A stretch of DNA of 64,000 bases from Candidatus Eiseniibacteriota bacterium (GTDB lineage Bacteria > Eisenbacteria > RBG-16-71-46 > CAZAMP01): the NCBI GenBank assembly GCA_965224245.1, contig OZ245046.1, forward strand, positions 896,001 through 960,000, written 5' to 3'. The number at the start of each line of letters is the position of its first letter. Position 1 is the stretch's first letter. The notes beneath the pieces were generated by a model. It worked only from the letters and a program-made list of their open reading frames with translations. It was not told the origin of the DNA and ran no database searches. The translations under genes were made by a program, and so were the position numbers. This document shows positions 40,492 through 49,875 of the stretch, one piece after another.

Positions 40492-40645
40492 TTCGTGCGG
40501 ACCAACGTCTGGGTCGGTCCCCGCAAGGCCGGTGGGTACGAATGTGAGCTCGACGTCGTGGCCATCGATCCCCACAAGGAGCGAATCCTTCACTACGAGC
40601 CGACGATGGGTGCTCTCTCGTGGGAGAAGCGGGAGGAGAGGTTTG
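40492..40645 (+). pseudogene. Fragment resembling a PD-(D/E)XK-like nuclease
   Basis: FVRTNVWVGPRKAGGYECELDVVA...ILHYE...SWEKREERF; no intact start or C-terminal half. Confidence 0.35.
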
Positions 40646-40753
40646 AGAGACAACCTGACGACGGAAGTCATCCCCATGGTCAGCTCCGGGTTTCCAGCGG
40701 CTGTGCCAGATGTTCTGACGACGAGCGAAACGAGCGCAGGAGGTAGGGGCCAG

Positions 40754-41524
40754 ATGTCAAGACGTCAACGGAGACAGCGTCCACGAGTTGTTGGTCCCGT
40801 CAAAGCCAAGGCGGGTCGTGCAGGCGACCACTCGCGTGAATTCACTGCTTGCGGGTACGGTGTGTGCATGGCCCTGCTCACCGCGAGCCTCGCCCCTGCG
40901 CTGGGCGATCCCAGTGTGCTCTTCGAGCAGCTGCCGGGCCTCGGCGAGTCACTTGCCGAGAGTAAATGCGTCTCACACCTCGACGGGGAGATCATCGACG
41001 CCGAAGCGGGTGATGGGTTTCAGGTCCCCGCCGCCACCATCGAGCGCATCGAGTGGTGGGGGCACTGGCATCGAGCTGAGCCCAATCCCATCAGCGCGTT
41101 CTGGGTTCGGATGTACGGGGTCGGTCCCGAAGGAGGCCCGTGGACGCTCCAGTACGAAGCACGCATCACTGACTATGAGTGGGAGCCGTACGCCCCATTG
41201 GCCCGCGTCTACCAGTTCGGCGCCGATCTCATCAGTCCCATCGTGGTGGACGAGCAGATGCTGTTCCTGTCCATTCAAGCAGAGGACCGGCACGACTATT
41301 ACTGGAAGCTCCACGCCAGTGACGAGGGGGACGGCGTCGAGGGTTGGATTCGCTGCGCCAGCGCCGCGGGAGCGTGCTTCAGCCACGACTGGGCACCGTT
41401 CTCAGAATCGTACTCCTGCCCCGGTCTCTTCTCGCCGGATTTGGCCTTTCGCCTGCTCGGTACTCAGTTCTCCACGCCGACGCGATCGAGGAGCTGGGCG
41501 TCGATGAAGGCCGTTTACCGTTGA
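40754..41524 (+). CDS. Hypothetical secreted protein with SWASMKAVYR tail
   Basis: AGGAGG RBS; hydrophobic segment MALLTASLAPALG; IEWWG, DLAFRL; start could be later. Confidence 0.65.
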   Translation: MSRRQRRQRPRVVGPVKAKAGRAGDHSREFTACGYGVCMALLTASLAPALGDPSVLFEQLPGLGESLAESKCVSHLDGEIIDAEAGDGFQVPAATIERIEWWGHWHRAEPNPISAFWVRMYGVGPEGGPWTLQYEARITDYEWEPYAPLARVYQFGADLISPIVVDEQMLFLSIQAEDRHDYYWKLHASDEGDGVEGWIRCASAAGACFSHDWAPFSESYSCPGLFSPDLAFRLLGTQFSTPTRSRSWASMKAVYR

Positions 41525-41665
41525 GGTCCGCCCTGCGGGCGGCCTCGATCAGCTCAGCTGCAGTTGGTCCTGGCGCCGGCCGTCATCCTCTTGCCGTTGG
41601 ATGTACTCCCGGATCACGCCCTCGTCTCGACCGACCGTGGAGACGAAGCAGCCACGCGCCCAGAA
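41523..41665 (-). mobile_element. IS200/IS605 tnpA 3' remnant with downstream hairpin
   Basis: 41665->41549 reads FWARGCFVSTVGRDEGVIREYIQRQEDDGRRQDQLQLS*; hairpin GAGG.CCGCCC-TGC-GGGCGGCCTC at 41523-41546. Confidence 0.75.
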
Positions 41666-41669
41666 GACG

Positions 41670-44600
41670 CTAGGGCCGGGACCGCGCGATCACGAGCTTT
41701 CGCGTGGCCGAGCTCAGCGCGTTCCTCACGCGCACGAAGTAGACGCCGCTGGTCACGTCGACGCCGTTGGTGCTCTTCCCGTCCCAGGTGACCGTGTGCA
41801 TGGGACCTCGGAACGACCCCGTGGCGACCGTCCGGACGCGCCTTCCGAGGACGTCGAGGATCATGACTTCCGTCGGTATGGGCGCGCCTCCCAAACTCGA
41901 CGCGAACGTGATCGACAGGCTACCTCCCCGGTACGGTACCGGACGCAGGACCGGGATCTGGACGGACGGCGTCGCGCCCGTATTCACCGTCTCACCCAGA
42001 TACAGTTCCTCGCCGAGACCGTTGATTGCGAACAACCGATACGAGTCGCCAGTCCTGCCATCGATGTCGTGATGGCTCGTCCCGGTCGTGTGCGTCACCA
42101 GCACGACGTACTCACCGCTACTCGACTTGTCCAGGCGATACCCGCTGAGGTCCTGGGGCCCGGGGTCGGTGTCCCATGAGACCACGAGTCCCGATCCGCT
42201 CGATGACGGCGAGACACGGAGCATGAGAAGCGAGACCGAGGTCTCGATCGTGAAGAGCGACTCGCTCTCGGCGATAGAGTGTCGGTAGATGAAGGTGCCA
42301 AAGTCGTTGGCATCCTCGCGGCGCTCCACTCGAACGAGCGAGAACCTCGACGGTGTATGGGGCACGAGCACGTCGTAGCTTCCGCCCGACACGCCCGTGG
42401 CAACCGACGTGTACGTGCTGCCACCGTCGACCGAGAGCGCGACGTCCACCGTTCCCTCACCGTCCCACGTCACCGATCTCGTTGCGCCGACGGGCCATAC
42501 GTCGCCCCCGGATGGACTCGCCAGCTCCACTGCGCCCGAGGCGTATCTGAGATCCTGGCTCGACGCATCCCGGTAGCCGATGTGCGGGTTGCCCTGGGCA
42601 TCCAGGTCGATCGAGGTGAACCAACCCACGGCTCCGTCTGCTTCTACCGTCTCTATCCTCCAGCTGCCCCAGATCTTCACGGCGTATCGGAGATCGGCAG
42701 TGCCCCAATCGTAGTAGCTGATGTGAGGACGACCTTCCGTGTCGAGCACGATCGATGTGAACTCTCCTCCGCTTGCCTCCGGTCCGTCCACGGCCTCGAT
42801 GGTCCAACCCCCTGATGTCTTGACCGCATACTTGAGATCGAAGTTCGTTGCGTCGTAGTAACTGATGTGGGGCCTGCCCTCGTCATCGATCGCAATCCAC
42901 GAGTGAAAGCCAACCGATCCCGTCACATCGACGGTGTCCGTCGCCCAGAATCCACCCGTCTTCACCGCATACTTGAGACTCGCATTCGTGACATCGTGAT
43001 AGCTGATGTGAGGAACATCGTCGTCATCGACTGCGATCGACGTGTACGTGCCCACCGTTCCCGTGGCGTCGACCGTCTCGAGAGTCCAGCTGCCACCCGT
43101 CTTGACCGCGTATCGGAGGTCGCCGTTCGTCCAGTCGTAGTGGCTGATGTGCGGATTGTCCTGCCCATCCATCGCGATCGAGCCGAACTCGCCCTTGACG
43201 TCCACCGCATCTACCGTCTCCGTCGTCCAGGTACCGCCGGTTCTCGTCGCGTACTTGAGATCGAAGTTCGTGACGTCGCGGTAGCAAACGTGCGGGACTC
43301 CCTCGCTATCCAGTGCAATTCGTGTGAACTGACCCACAACACCGGCCGCGTCCACCGTCTCTGTCACCCAGCTGCTCCCCGACTTGACCGCGTACTTCAG
43401 GTCTGCGTTTGTGCCGTCGTAGTAACTCATGTGCGGAACACCCCGCGCATCGAGTGTTAGCGACGCGTCAAAGCCCACGTCGCCCACCGCGTCCACCGTC
43501 GTCGTCCACCAGGGCACTACGCGGTCGGGGGAGATGTCGAACAAGGCGGGAGACGCCGACGACGAGAACGGGCTCGACCGTTCGATTCTTACGCGGGCGT
43601 GTTCCGTGTCGATTGCGGGCACGCTCACCATCGCACTGCCACCAGTCACAAACGACGTCAGCGGCACATACGAGAGACCACCATCGGCGGAGAGCAGGAT
43701 ATCCACGTCGCCGGCCCCTCTCCACGTCACCGTCTCCTGAGAGCCGCGAACCCAATGGTCACCGCCGAGAGGAGACGTGAGGTGGATCGCCGAATCGCTC
43801 AGCCTGAGATCCCTGTCTCCGTCCTGGTAGTAGCTGATCAATGGGTTGTCCTGACGGTCGAGGGCAATCGACGAAAACCTCCCGGCCCCGGATTGATCCA
43901 CCGTCTCGGTCAACCAGCCTCCACCACTCGTTCTCGCGGCGTGTTTCAGGGCGCCGGCGGCGCCGTCGTAGTAGCTGATGCGGGGAAGCCCTCCGCTGTT
44001 GATCGCGATCGATGTGTGGGAGCCTGTCGCGTCGACCGTCTCGATCAACCACGCGGCCATCTTCGCGGCGTACTTGAGCGCGCCGGTTCCATCGTCCCTG
44101 TAACTGATGTGCGGAATGCCCTGGGCGTCGAGCGCAAGCGATATGTACGTAATCGAGGACGCCGATGCACTCGCCGTCTCTATCTGCCAACCCCCCGCGG
44201 CGTTCACCGCGTAGACGAGTTCCAGAGTCGTGAAGTCCAGATACGCGACGTGCGGTCTGTCGAGTCCGTCGACTGCGATGGACGTGTACCTACCGACATC
44301 TCCGACGATGTCGACGTTGTCGATCGTCCATGAGCCGCCGCTCTTGAGAGCGTATCTCAGGTTACCGTTGGTCGCATCGTAGTAGGTGATGTGGGGCCTG
44401 CCCTGTCCGTCGAGGTCGAGCGCGCAGTACGATCCGACATCGCCGGCGGCATCGACCGTCTCGGTGCTCCAGCTCCCACCGGTCTTGACGGTGTACTTCA
44501 GGTCGCCGTCGCTGAAGTCGTAGTGGCAAATGTGAGGAACGCCCTGTTCGTCGATTGCAATGGACGTGTACTGACCGACCCAGTTCGTGGCAAAAGGCGT

Positions 44601-44840
44601 CTCGATTACCCAGGTGCCATTCGATCTCGTTGCGTACTTGAGGTCGCGATTGAGCTCATCGAAGTAGCTGACGTGAGGATTGCCCTGGGCGTCCAGAGCG
44701 AGCGACGTGTACTGACCGACCTGACCGCCCGTATCGACGTCTTCGTGTACGAACGGCGTGGTCGCACGAGCGACGGTGCCGATCGTCGATACGCTCGTGA
44801 TGCAAACCACGATCATCACGGAACAGCGGGCGTTGGTCAT
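41670..44840 (-). CDS. Secreted beta-propeller repeat protein (PHISYYD...DLKYA...W..ETVD) with FlgD-Ig domain
   Basis: ATG 44840, signal peptide, ~45-aa repeats; TATAAT at 44914-44919 (-); paralog of 61358..64000. Confidence 0.88.
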   Translation of the reverse strand: MTNARCSVMIVVCITSVSTIGTVARATTPFVHEDVDTGGQVGQYTSLALDAQGNPHVSYFDELNRDLKYATRSNGTWVIETPFATNWVGQYTSIAIDEQGVPHICHYDFSDGDLKYTVKTGGSWSTETVDAAGDVGSYCALDLDGQGRPHITYYDATNGNLRYALKSGGSWTIDNVDIVGDVGRYTSIAVDGLDRPHVAYLDFTTLELVYAVNAAGGWQIETASASASSITYISLALDAQGIPHISYRDDGTGALKYAAKMAAWLIETVDATGSHTSIAINSGGLPRISYYDGAAGALKHAARTSGGGWLTETVDQSGAGRFSSIALDRQDNPLISYYQDGDRDLRLSDSAIHLTSPLGGDHWVRGSQETVTWRGAGDVDILLSADGGLSYVPLTSFVTGGSAMVSVPAIDTEHARVRIERSSPFSSSASPALFDISPDRVVPWWTTTVDAVGDVGFDASLTLDARGVPHMSYYDGTNADLKYAVKSGSSWVTETVDAAGVVGQFTRIALDSEGVPHVCYRDVTNFDLKYATRTGGTWTTETVDAVDVKGEFGSIAMDGQDNPHISHYDWTNGDLRYAVKTGGSWTLETVDATGTVGTYTSIAVDDDDVPHISYHDVTNASLKYAVKTGGFWATDTVDVTGSVGFHSWIAIDDEGRPHISYYDATNFDLKYAVKTSGGWTIEAVDGPEASGGEFTSIVLDTEGRPHISYYDWGTADLRYAVKIWGSWRIETVEADGAVGWFTSIDLDAQGNPHIGYRDASSQDLRYASGAVELASPSGGDVWPVGATRSVTWDGEGTVDVALSVDGGSTYTSVATGVSGGSYDVLVPHTPSRFSLVRVERREDANDFGTFIYRHSIAESESLFTIETSVSLLMLRVSPSSSGSGLVVSWDTDPGPQDLSGYRLDKSSSGEYVVLVTHTTGTSHHDIDGRTGDSYRLFAINGLGEELYLGETVNTGATPSVQIPVLRPVPYRGGSLSITFASSLGGAPIPTEVMILDVLGRRVRTVATGSFRGPMHTVTWDGKSTNGVDVTSGVYFVRVRNALSSATRKLVIARSRP

Positions 44841-45077
44841 TTGTGGAGTTCCTACCAGCACCACGACGACGACCTCGCGTACACGGCCGCAGTTTGCGGC
44901 TGTTACCTCTACTATTATATCCCGGTGGCGACGAGGTGGACGGCGTAGTGTCCGAGCACTGGAACACGCGGAAACAGGCCCACTTACGAGACCCAGGGTC
45001 TCTGGATGAGTGAGTCCATCCACCTGCGAGTGCTTCCGGCCACGTTCTCCCAGCGCCGACGTCAGGGTCGTTTCACG

Positions 45078-45443
45078 TCATCGCACGGCGTTGATCTTTC
45101 GGGCCCGATGCGCGTCCGCCGTCTTCAAGCGGAGGAAGTAGACGCCTGGCGGACCTCATCACCGAGGAGCAGGGGACACCGTGTTCCGAGGATCCGAGGA
45201 CAAAGCAGACCGAGGTTGACACCTCCGGGGACGGTGTCCCGGATCAGGGTCAACACTCGGCGACCCAGAACGTCGAACAGCGACACCTCGATCTCGGTCG
45301 GGACATCGACCGAGTAGGTGAACTGGCTTCCGGCTCGCGAGGGGTTGGGAACGATGGCACCCAGGTGAACGCGCGGGTCGACGATAGAGCTCGTGACGTC
45401 CAGCGGTCTTGGACACTCGACGCAGAGGTCATCGATGTAGAAC
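45078..45443 (-). pseudogene. Orphan 3' end of an FlgD-like CTD gene, truncated by IS481 and frameshifted
   Basis: LGAIVPNP...LFDVLGRRVLTL, then another frame PGVYFLRLK...INAVR*. Confidence 0.7.
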
Positions 45444-46439
45444 TGTAGGGATGTCAGACCTCTTGAGACCTTTTGTGCTTCCCTGTTGTGGTCATTCTCA
45501 GGAGGTGTTCCGTGAGAAGAACTCGGTTGGCCTGGAAGAAGATGGTCCTGGAGTATGCCGAGCTCTGCGGTAGCAATGCGAAGGCCTGTCGCGAGTTCGA
45601 GGTGCCCAGGTCGACGTTCTATCGCTGGAAGAGCAAGCGAGCCCTTGGTGGTGACGGCGAGCTTCGTGACAAGAAGCCCATCGCCAAGAGCTGGCCGAAT
45701 CAGCTCTCTCCCGCAGTGGTCGAGAAGATCCTGCACCTGCGACGCACGTACCACCTTGGACCCCAGCGGATCGCCTGGTACCTCGAGCGCTACCACGGCA
45801 TCAAGACGTCGCGGGCGACGGTCTACCGCACCCTCGTTCGCAACGGCATGCCCCGGCTGCCTCGGAAGGTGGGACGGCGGGCACTCCACACCCGCCGCTA
45901 CGCGAAGCGGGTTCCTGGTCATCACATCCAGGTGGACGTGACGTTCCTGTCTCTGGCGACGACAGAGGGCAAGCGAGTTCGTCGGTATCAGTACACGGCC
46001 ATCGATGACGCCACTCGGATCCGCGCGCTGAGGATCTACGACCGCCACAATCAGAAGAACGCCATCCACTTCATCGACTACGTCGTCGAGAAGTTCCCCT
46101 TCCGCATCCACACCGTGCGCACCGATCGCGGTCATGAGTTCCAGGCCCAGTTCCACTGGCACGTCGAGGACAGGGGCATCCGCCACGTCTACATCAAGCC
46201 GCGATCCCCGCAGCTCAACGGAAAGGTCGAGAGATCCCATCGGACGGACAAGGAGGAGTTCCACCAGCTTCTGACGTACACTGATGACGTGGATCTCAAC
46301 CAGAAGCTCGAGGAATGGGAGAGCTTCTACAATCTCAGCCGGCCGCACGGAGCGTTCAAGGGCAAGACCCCCTACGAGGCGATGAGGTCTCTCTTGGAAT
46401 AGGCGTAGATGAGTCTCGCGAGGTCCGAGCTATCACACA
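45444..46439 (+). mobile_element. IS481-family insertion sequence
   Basis: TGT...ACA ends with imperfect IR (GACCTC..GAGAC); no target duplication visible. Confidence 0.8.
45512..46402 (+). CDS. IS481-family transposase
   Basis: STFYRW HTH, PGHHIQVDV, YTAIDDATR, TDRGHEF, PQLNGKVERSHRT, YN..RPH...GKTP. Confidence 0.93.
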   Translation: MRRTRLAWKKMVLEYAELCGSNAKACREFEVPRSTFYRWKSKRALGGDGELRDKKPIAKSWPNQLSPAVVEKILHLRRTYHLGPQRIAWYLERYHGIKTSRATVYRTLVRNGMPRLPRKVGRRALHTRRYAKRVPGHHIQVDVTFLSLATTEGKRVRRYQYTAIDDATRIRALRIYDRHNQKNAIHFIDYVVEKFPFRIHTVRTDRGHEFQAQFHWHVEDRGIRHVYIKPRSPQLNGKVERSHRTDKEEFHQLLTYTDDVDLNQKLEEWESFYNLSRPHGAFKGKTPYEAMRSLLE

Positions 46440-46537
46440 GCGCGCGAGAGTACCGTCACTCCCTCAGCCGGCTCGCCTTCATCGGCGCAACGAGTACCAT
46501 GTCCTCGCCCGGGTGCGGCCACAGGGGCACGCCTCGG

Positions 46538-49500
46538 TCAACGCCAGTCACCCGCGACGACGAAGCCCGCCCAGAAGAACGGATGCGCGCTCGACCCCGA
46601 AGCCCGGCGAGCCACGAGCACGTCGAGGCTCGCCCCGCGCGCGGCATCGTCGATCGGCAGCGCCTCGACGAAGCGTTTCTGGTAGAACGCGCGCATCCAC
46701 GCCCGCGCGGACTCGTCTTCGACGGCCCAGAGGCTCATCACGATCGTGCCGACGCCGGCAGTCTCGAATGCACGGCGAAGACCGAGCACCCCCTCGCCGG
46801 TGGTGATCGTACCCAGGCCCGTGTCGCAGGCCGAGAGCACCGCCAGGTCGACCGCCGTGAGATCCAGCGACGCGATTTCCTCCGCGGTCAGAATGCCGTC
46901 CTCGTCGGCGGGTGTCGCCTCGGCGCGGAGATTGGCACCCGCCAGCGCCAGTCCGGAGAGAAGAAGCGGATTCTCTCCCGCGTCGGCACCCGGCCCCTGC
47001 GTGGCGCGAGCGACGCCGCCGATCCCTCGCCGTGACGGCGCCGAACGGCACTGTTCTCCGAGAAAGAAGCCGTGCGTTGCCAGGTGCAGAACTCGATACC
47101 CGGGGGCCGACTCCTTGAAGTGAGCCTCGCTCGCCTCGCGTCCGATCCTGAGGTACGGCTCGGGCAGTGCGGCGCGACGCCAGAGCTCGGCCACCTCGCG
47201 CGCCTCTTCCACCGCCGCAGGCAGGTCCTCGAAACGAAGCGCCCGGAAATCGCCACAAGCCGACCGCCGCCCGCGATTCCGCGGTGCCGACCCGGGCGAT
47301 GCGTGCGGAGGATCGCCCGTCCACGTCGCCGCCGCACTCGCGGGTCCAACTGGGGTCGCCGGGCCGACATGCGCCGTCGCACCGTCGGCGATCCCGAGCC
47401 GTGTTGGGTCTCCGGAGCCGGCGAACGGTGCCGGGGAGTCGAAGCTCGGGCCCCCGAGCGCGAGCAACGCCCCGGTGGAAGCGTTCCTCGGCGGTTGCAC
47501 GAGATCTCGCTCCGCGGACAGATGGTGAAGTGTAGGTCCCGTTTCGAGGAGAAAGTGCGCATCCTCGAGCGGCAGGGAGGAGAAGCTGACGAGGTGGAGC
47601 GGCCCCGCGGGTACGACGAAGACTCGACTGGCGTTTTCCAGAAGAGAGGCCAGCGGGTCCCAGATCAGCTCCGCAAGCTCCCGTCCGGCGCGGGTGTAGC
47701 GGCGCACGTCATCTCCGTCGTGACCGGGGGCGCTCCCGAACGTCGCCTCCTTGCGCCAGGTCGATATCGCGGCGTCGACCAGCGCCGCGTCTCCGATGGG
47801 GACCAAGGACACGCGACCGCCATCCGACAGCACGAAGGCGACATAGACCGGACTCCCATCTCGCAGCCCCCGGTCCGACACGTGTGCGAAGGCGATGAGC
47901 GCGGCACGCGGTTCGAGGGTCTGCATCACCTCGGACAACCCGGTTCGCTCCCGCGTCAGCTCGTGCCGAAAGGAAGCGCTTCGAGCCGCCAGCGCCTCTT
48001 CGAGCGACTCCTTTTCGTGACGAGCCGCATCGAGAGCGGTCCGGTACTCCGCGGGCTCGGCGTCCCCGATCCCGCGCACGACGAGGTCCGCCAGGCGCTT
48101 TCGCGACGCGGCGGTTCTGGCGGCGAGCTCCCGTGTCTCGGCGTCACCGGCGAGCCATACACGACGGTTGCGTGCCGCCATCTCGTCGAGGACGAGTGCA
48201 CGCGCCTTGATCAAGGCGTCCCAGGCGTCCTGGATCACGCGACGATCGCGCTGGTCGAGCGCGATGGAGATCGCAATGTCGAGCCCGGCCTCACGGTATG
48301 CGGCGTATGTCAGCGCCTCGCGTTCCGGAAGTGATCTCGACGTCAACCGGAAGTGAGCACGGAAGATCTCTTCCGACCGGAGCGCCAGGCGCGCTGCCGT
48401 GCGCCAATCACCCGTCGCCAACGAGTTGAGCGAGCGCTCTCGTAAGACCTCGCTCAGGACCGGATGCTCGGGTCCGAGAGAACGTTCGAAGATCTCCTGC
48501 GCTCGGGCGATGTGCCGTTCGCAGTCCTCGAGCTCGCCGAAGTGCGCGTGATGTCGGGCGAGCTCGAGATGTGTCTCGGCCACCTTCGGGTGCCCGTCGC
48601 CCAGCACGCCCTCACGCAGGCGCAGCGCCCGCTCCATGTCCTCTCGAACTCCGTGCACGCGACCGAGCTCGCGATGCGCCATTGCCCTCGCCGCGACGAT
48701 GCTGGCGATCTCGAGCTGGTTCGCGTCGGGATCGGCTTCGAGAATCGTGAGCGCGCGCTCGAGGTATGCGAGTCCGGAATCATACTCCCTCTGAGCGAGC
48801 AGGAGCGATCCGAGCTTCGACAATCGGCGACCCAGCCACACGCTCTCCGGTGCATGCGCCTCGCTTATCGCAACGGCACGCTCCAGTAGAAGCCGTGCAT
48901 CCTCCAGATTGCCCATCTCGGAGTACAGGACGGCCAGGTTGGACATGACCGTGGCGAGCTTCGGATGCGTCGGCGGGAGCGTCCGCTCGCGGATCCGAAG
49001 CGCCTCCTCGTATGCGCTTCTGGCCCCGGAGTAGTCTCCGGTCGTGTAGCGCAGAATGCCGAGCGAGCTGTAGTTCGCGGCCAGAATCGGGCTGTCCGGG
49101 GGGCCGTACAGCGTGTTCAGCTGGATGGCTCTTTCCAGGTAGGCATGCGCCGCATCGAGCTCGTCCGTGCGCCACGTGAGCATGCTGAGATTGCCGAGAA
49201 CGCTCGCGGCTCGGAGCGGTTCGAGGCCTGGAAGCGCGTCGTAGATCGCGAGCGCTCGCAGATAGCATGCACGCGCCACCGAGAGATCGTCGCTCTGGAA
49301 GTTCACGAGGCCGAGCGCGTTCAACGTGCGTGCCAGCTCGAGCGAGTCGACGGGCGCCGAGGCCTCCTGGATGGACAGCGCCTCCTCGAACGCCGTCTCG
49401 GCATCCGCCAGTCGACCGCGCACGCGCAGCGCGGATCCGAGATTCCTGACGCTGAGTGCAACGTCTAGGCCCGCAACGCCGACGATGGATTTCTTGATGT

Positions 49501-49819
49501 CGATCGCGCGCCGGGCGACGGCCTGTGCCTCGTCCTCGCCGGCCTTGCCACCGCGCCAGAGTGCCTCGGCGAGAAGATCGAGCACCCGGGCGGTCTCGAT
49601 CGTCCGGGCACCGGACTCGGCCTCGACGTCGGCCAGCAGCTCGCGAGCGGCGTTCTCAGCCGTCGCGTACCCGCCTTCGGCGAGCATCACGCGGATCTCT
49701 TCGAGTGGATCGAACGCGGAGCTCTCCGATGCGCTTGCCATCGTCACGATGCCGATCAGCAGCCCGACGCACAGGACCGTCGGACCTCCACTCGAGGCGA
49801 GATGCATGTCTATTCGCAT
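46538..49819 (-). CDS. TPR-CHAT (caspase-like) protease with N-terminal signal/TM segment
   Basis: HP..A TPR repeats; LHLATHG and VLSACDTGLG catalytic dyad motifs; SLW.V.D; HPFFWAGF..GD. Confidence 0.92.
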   Translation of the reverse strand: MRIDMHLASSGGPTVLCVGLLIGIVTMASASESSAFDPLEEIRVMLAEGGYATAENAARELLADVEAESGARTIETARVLDLLAEALWRGGKAGEDEAQAVARRAIDIKKSIVGVAGLDVALSVRNLGSALRVRGRLADAETAFEEALSIQEASAPVDSLELARTLNALGLVNFQSDDLSVARACYLRALAIYDALPGLEPLRAASVLGNLSMLTWRTDELDAAHAYLERAIQLNTLYGPPDSPILAANYSSLGILRYTTGDYSGARSAYEEALRIRERTLPPTHPKLATVMSNLAVLYSEMGNLEDARLLLERAVAISEAHAPESVWLGRRLSKLGSLLLAQREYDSGLAYLERALTILEADPDANQLEIASIVAARAMAHRELGRVHGVREDMERALRLREGVLGDGHPKVAETHLELARHHAHFGELEDCERHIARAQEIFERSLGPEHPVLSEVLRERSLNSLATGDWRTAARLALRSEEIFRAHFRLTSRSLPEREALTYAAYREAGLDIAISIALDQRDRRVIQDAWDALIKARALVLDEMAARNRRVWLAGDAETRELAARTAASRKRLADLVVRGIGDAEPAEYRTALDAARHEKESLEEALAARSASFRHELTRERTGLSEVMQTLEPRAALIAFAHVSDRGLRDGSPVYVAFVLSDGGRVSLVPIGDAALVDAAISTWRKEATFGSAPGHDGDDVRRYTRAGRELAELIWDPLASLLENASRVFVVPAGPLHLVSFSSLPLEDAHFLLETGPTLHHLSAERDLVQPPRNASTGALLALGGPSFDSPAPFAGSGDPTRLGIADGATAHVGPATPVGPASAAATWTGDPPHASPGSAPRNRGRRSACGDFRALRFEDLPAAVEEAREVAELWRRAALPEPYLRIGREASEAHFKESAPGYRVLHLATHGFFLGEQCRSAPSRRGIGGVARATQGPGADAGENPLLLSGLALAGANLRAEATPADEDGILTAEEIASLDLTAVDLAVLSACDTGLGTITTGEGVLGLRRAFETAGVGTIVMSLWAVEDESARAWMRAFYQKRFVEALPIDDAARGASLDVLVARRASGSSAHPFFWAGFVVAGDWR

Positions 49820-49875
49820 CGTCATCTCCTCGACGGACGGTCCGCACAATCATAGCGCAGAGGAGGGGGGGTTGC

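Noticed and set aside
46538-49819. Type III-E CRISPR (Craspase) locus
   Set aside because: No Cas7-11, Csx30/31-like genes or array seen; only the TPR-CHAT fold and a nearby ECF are shared.
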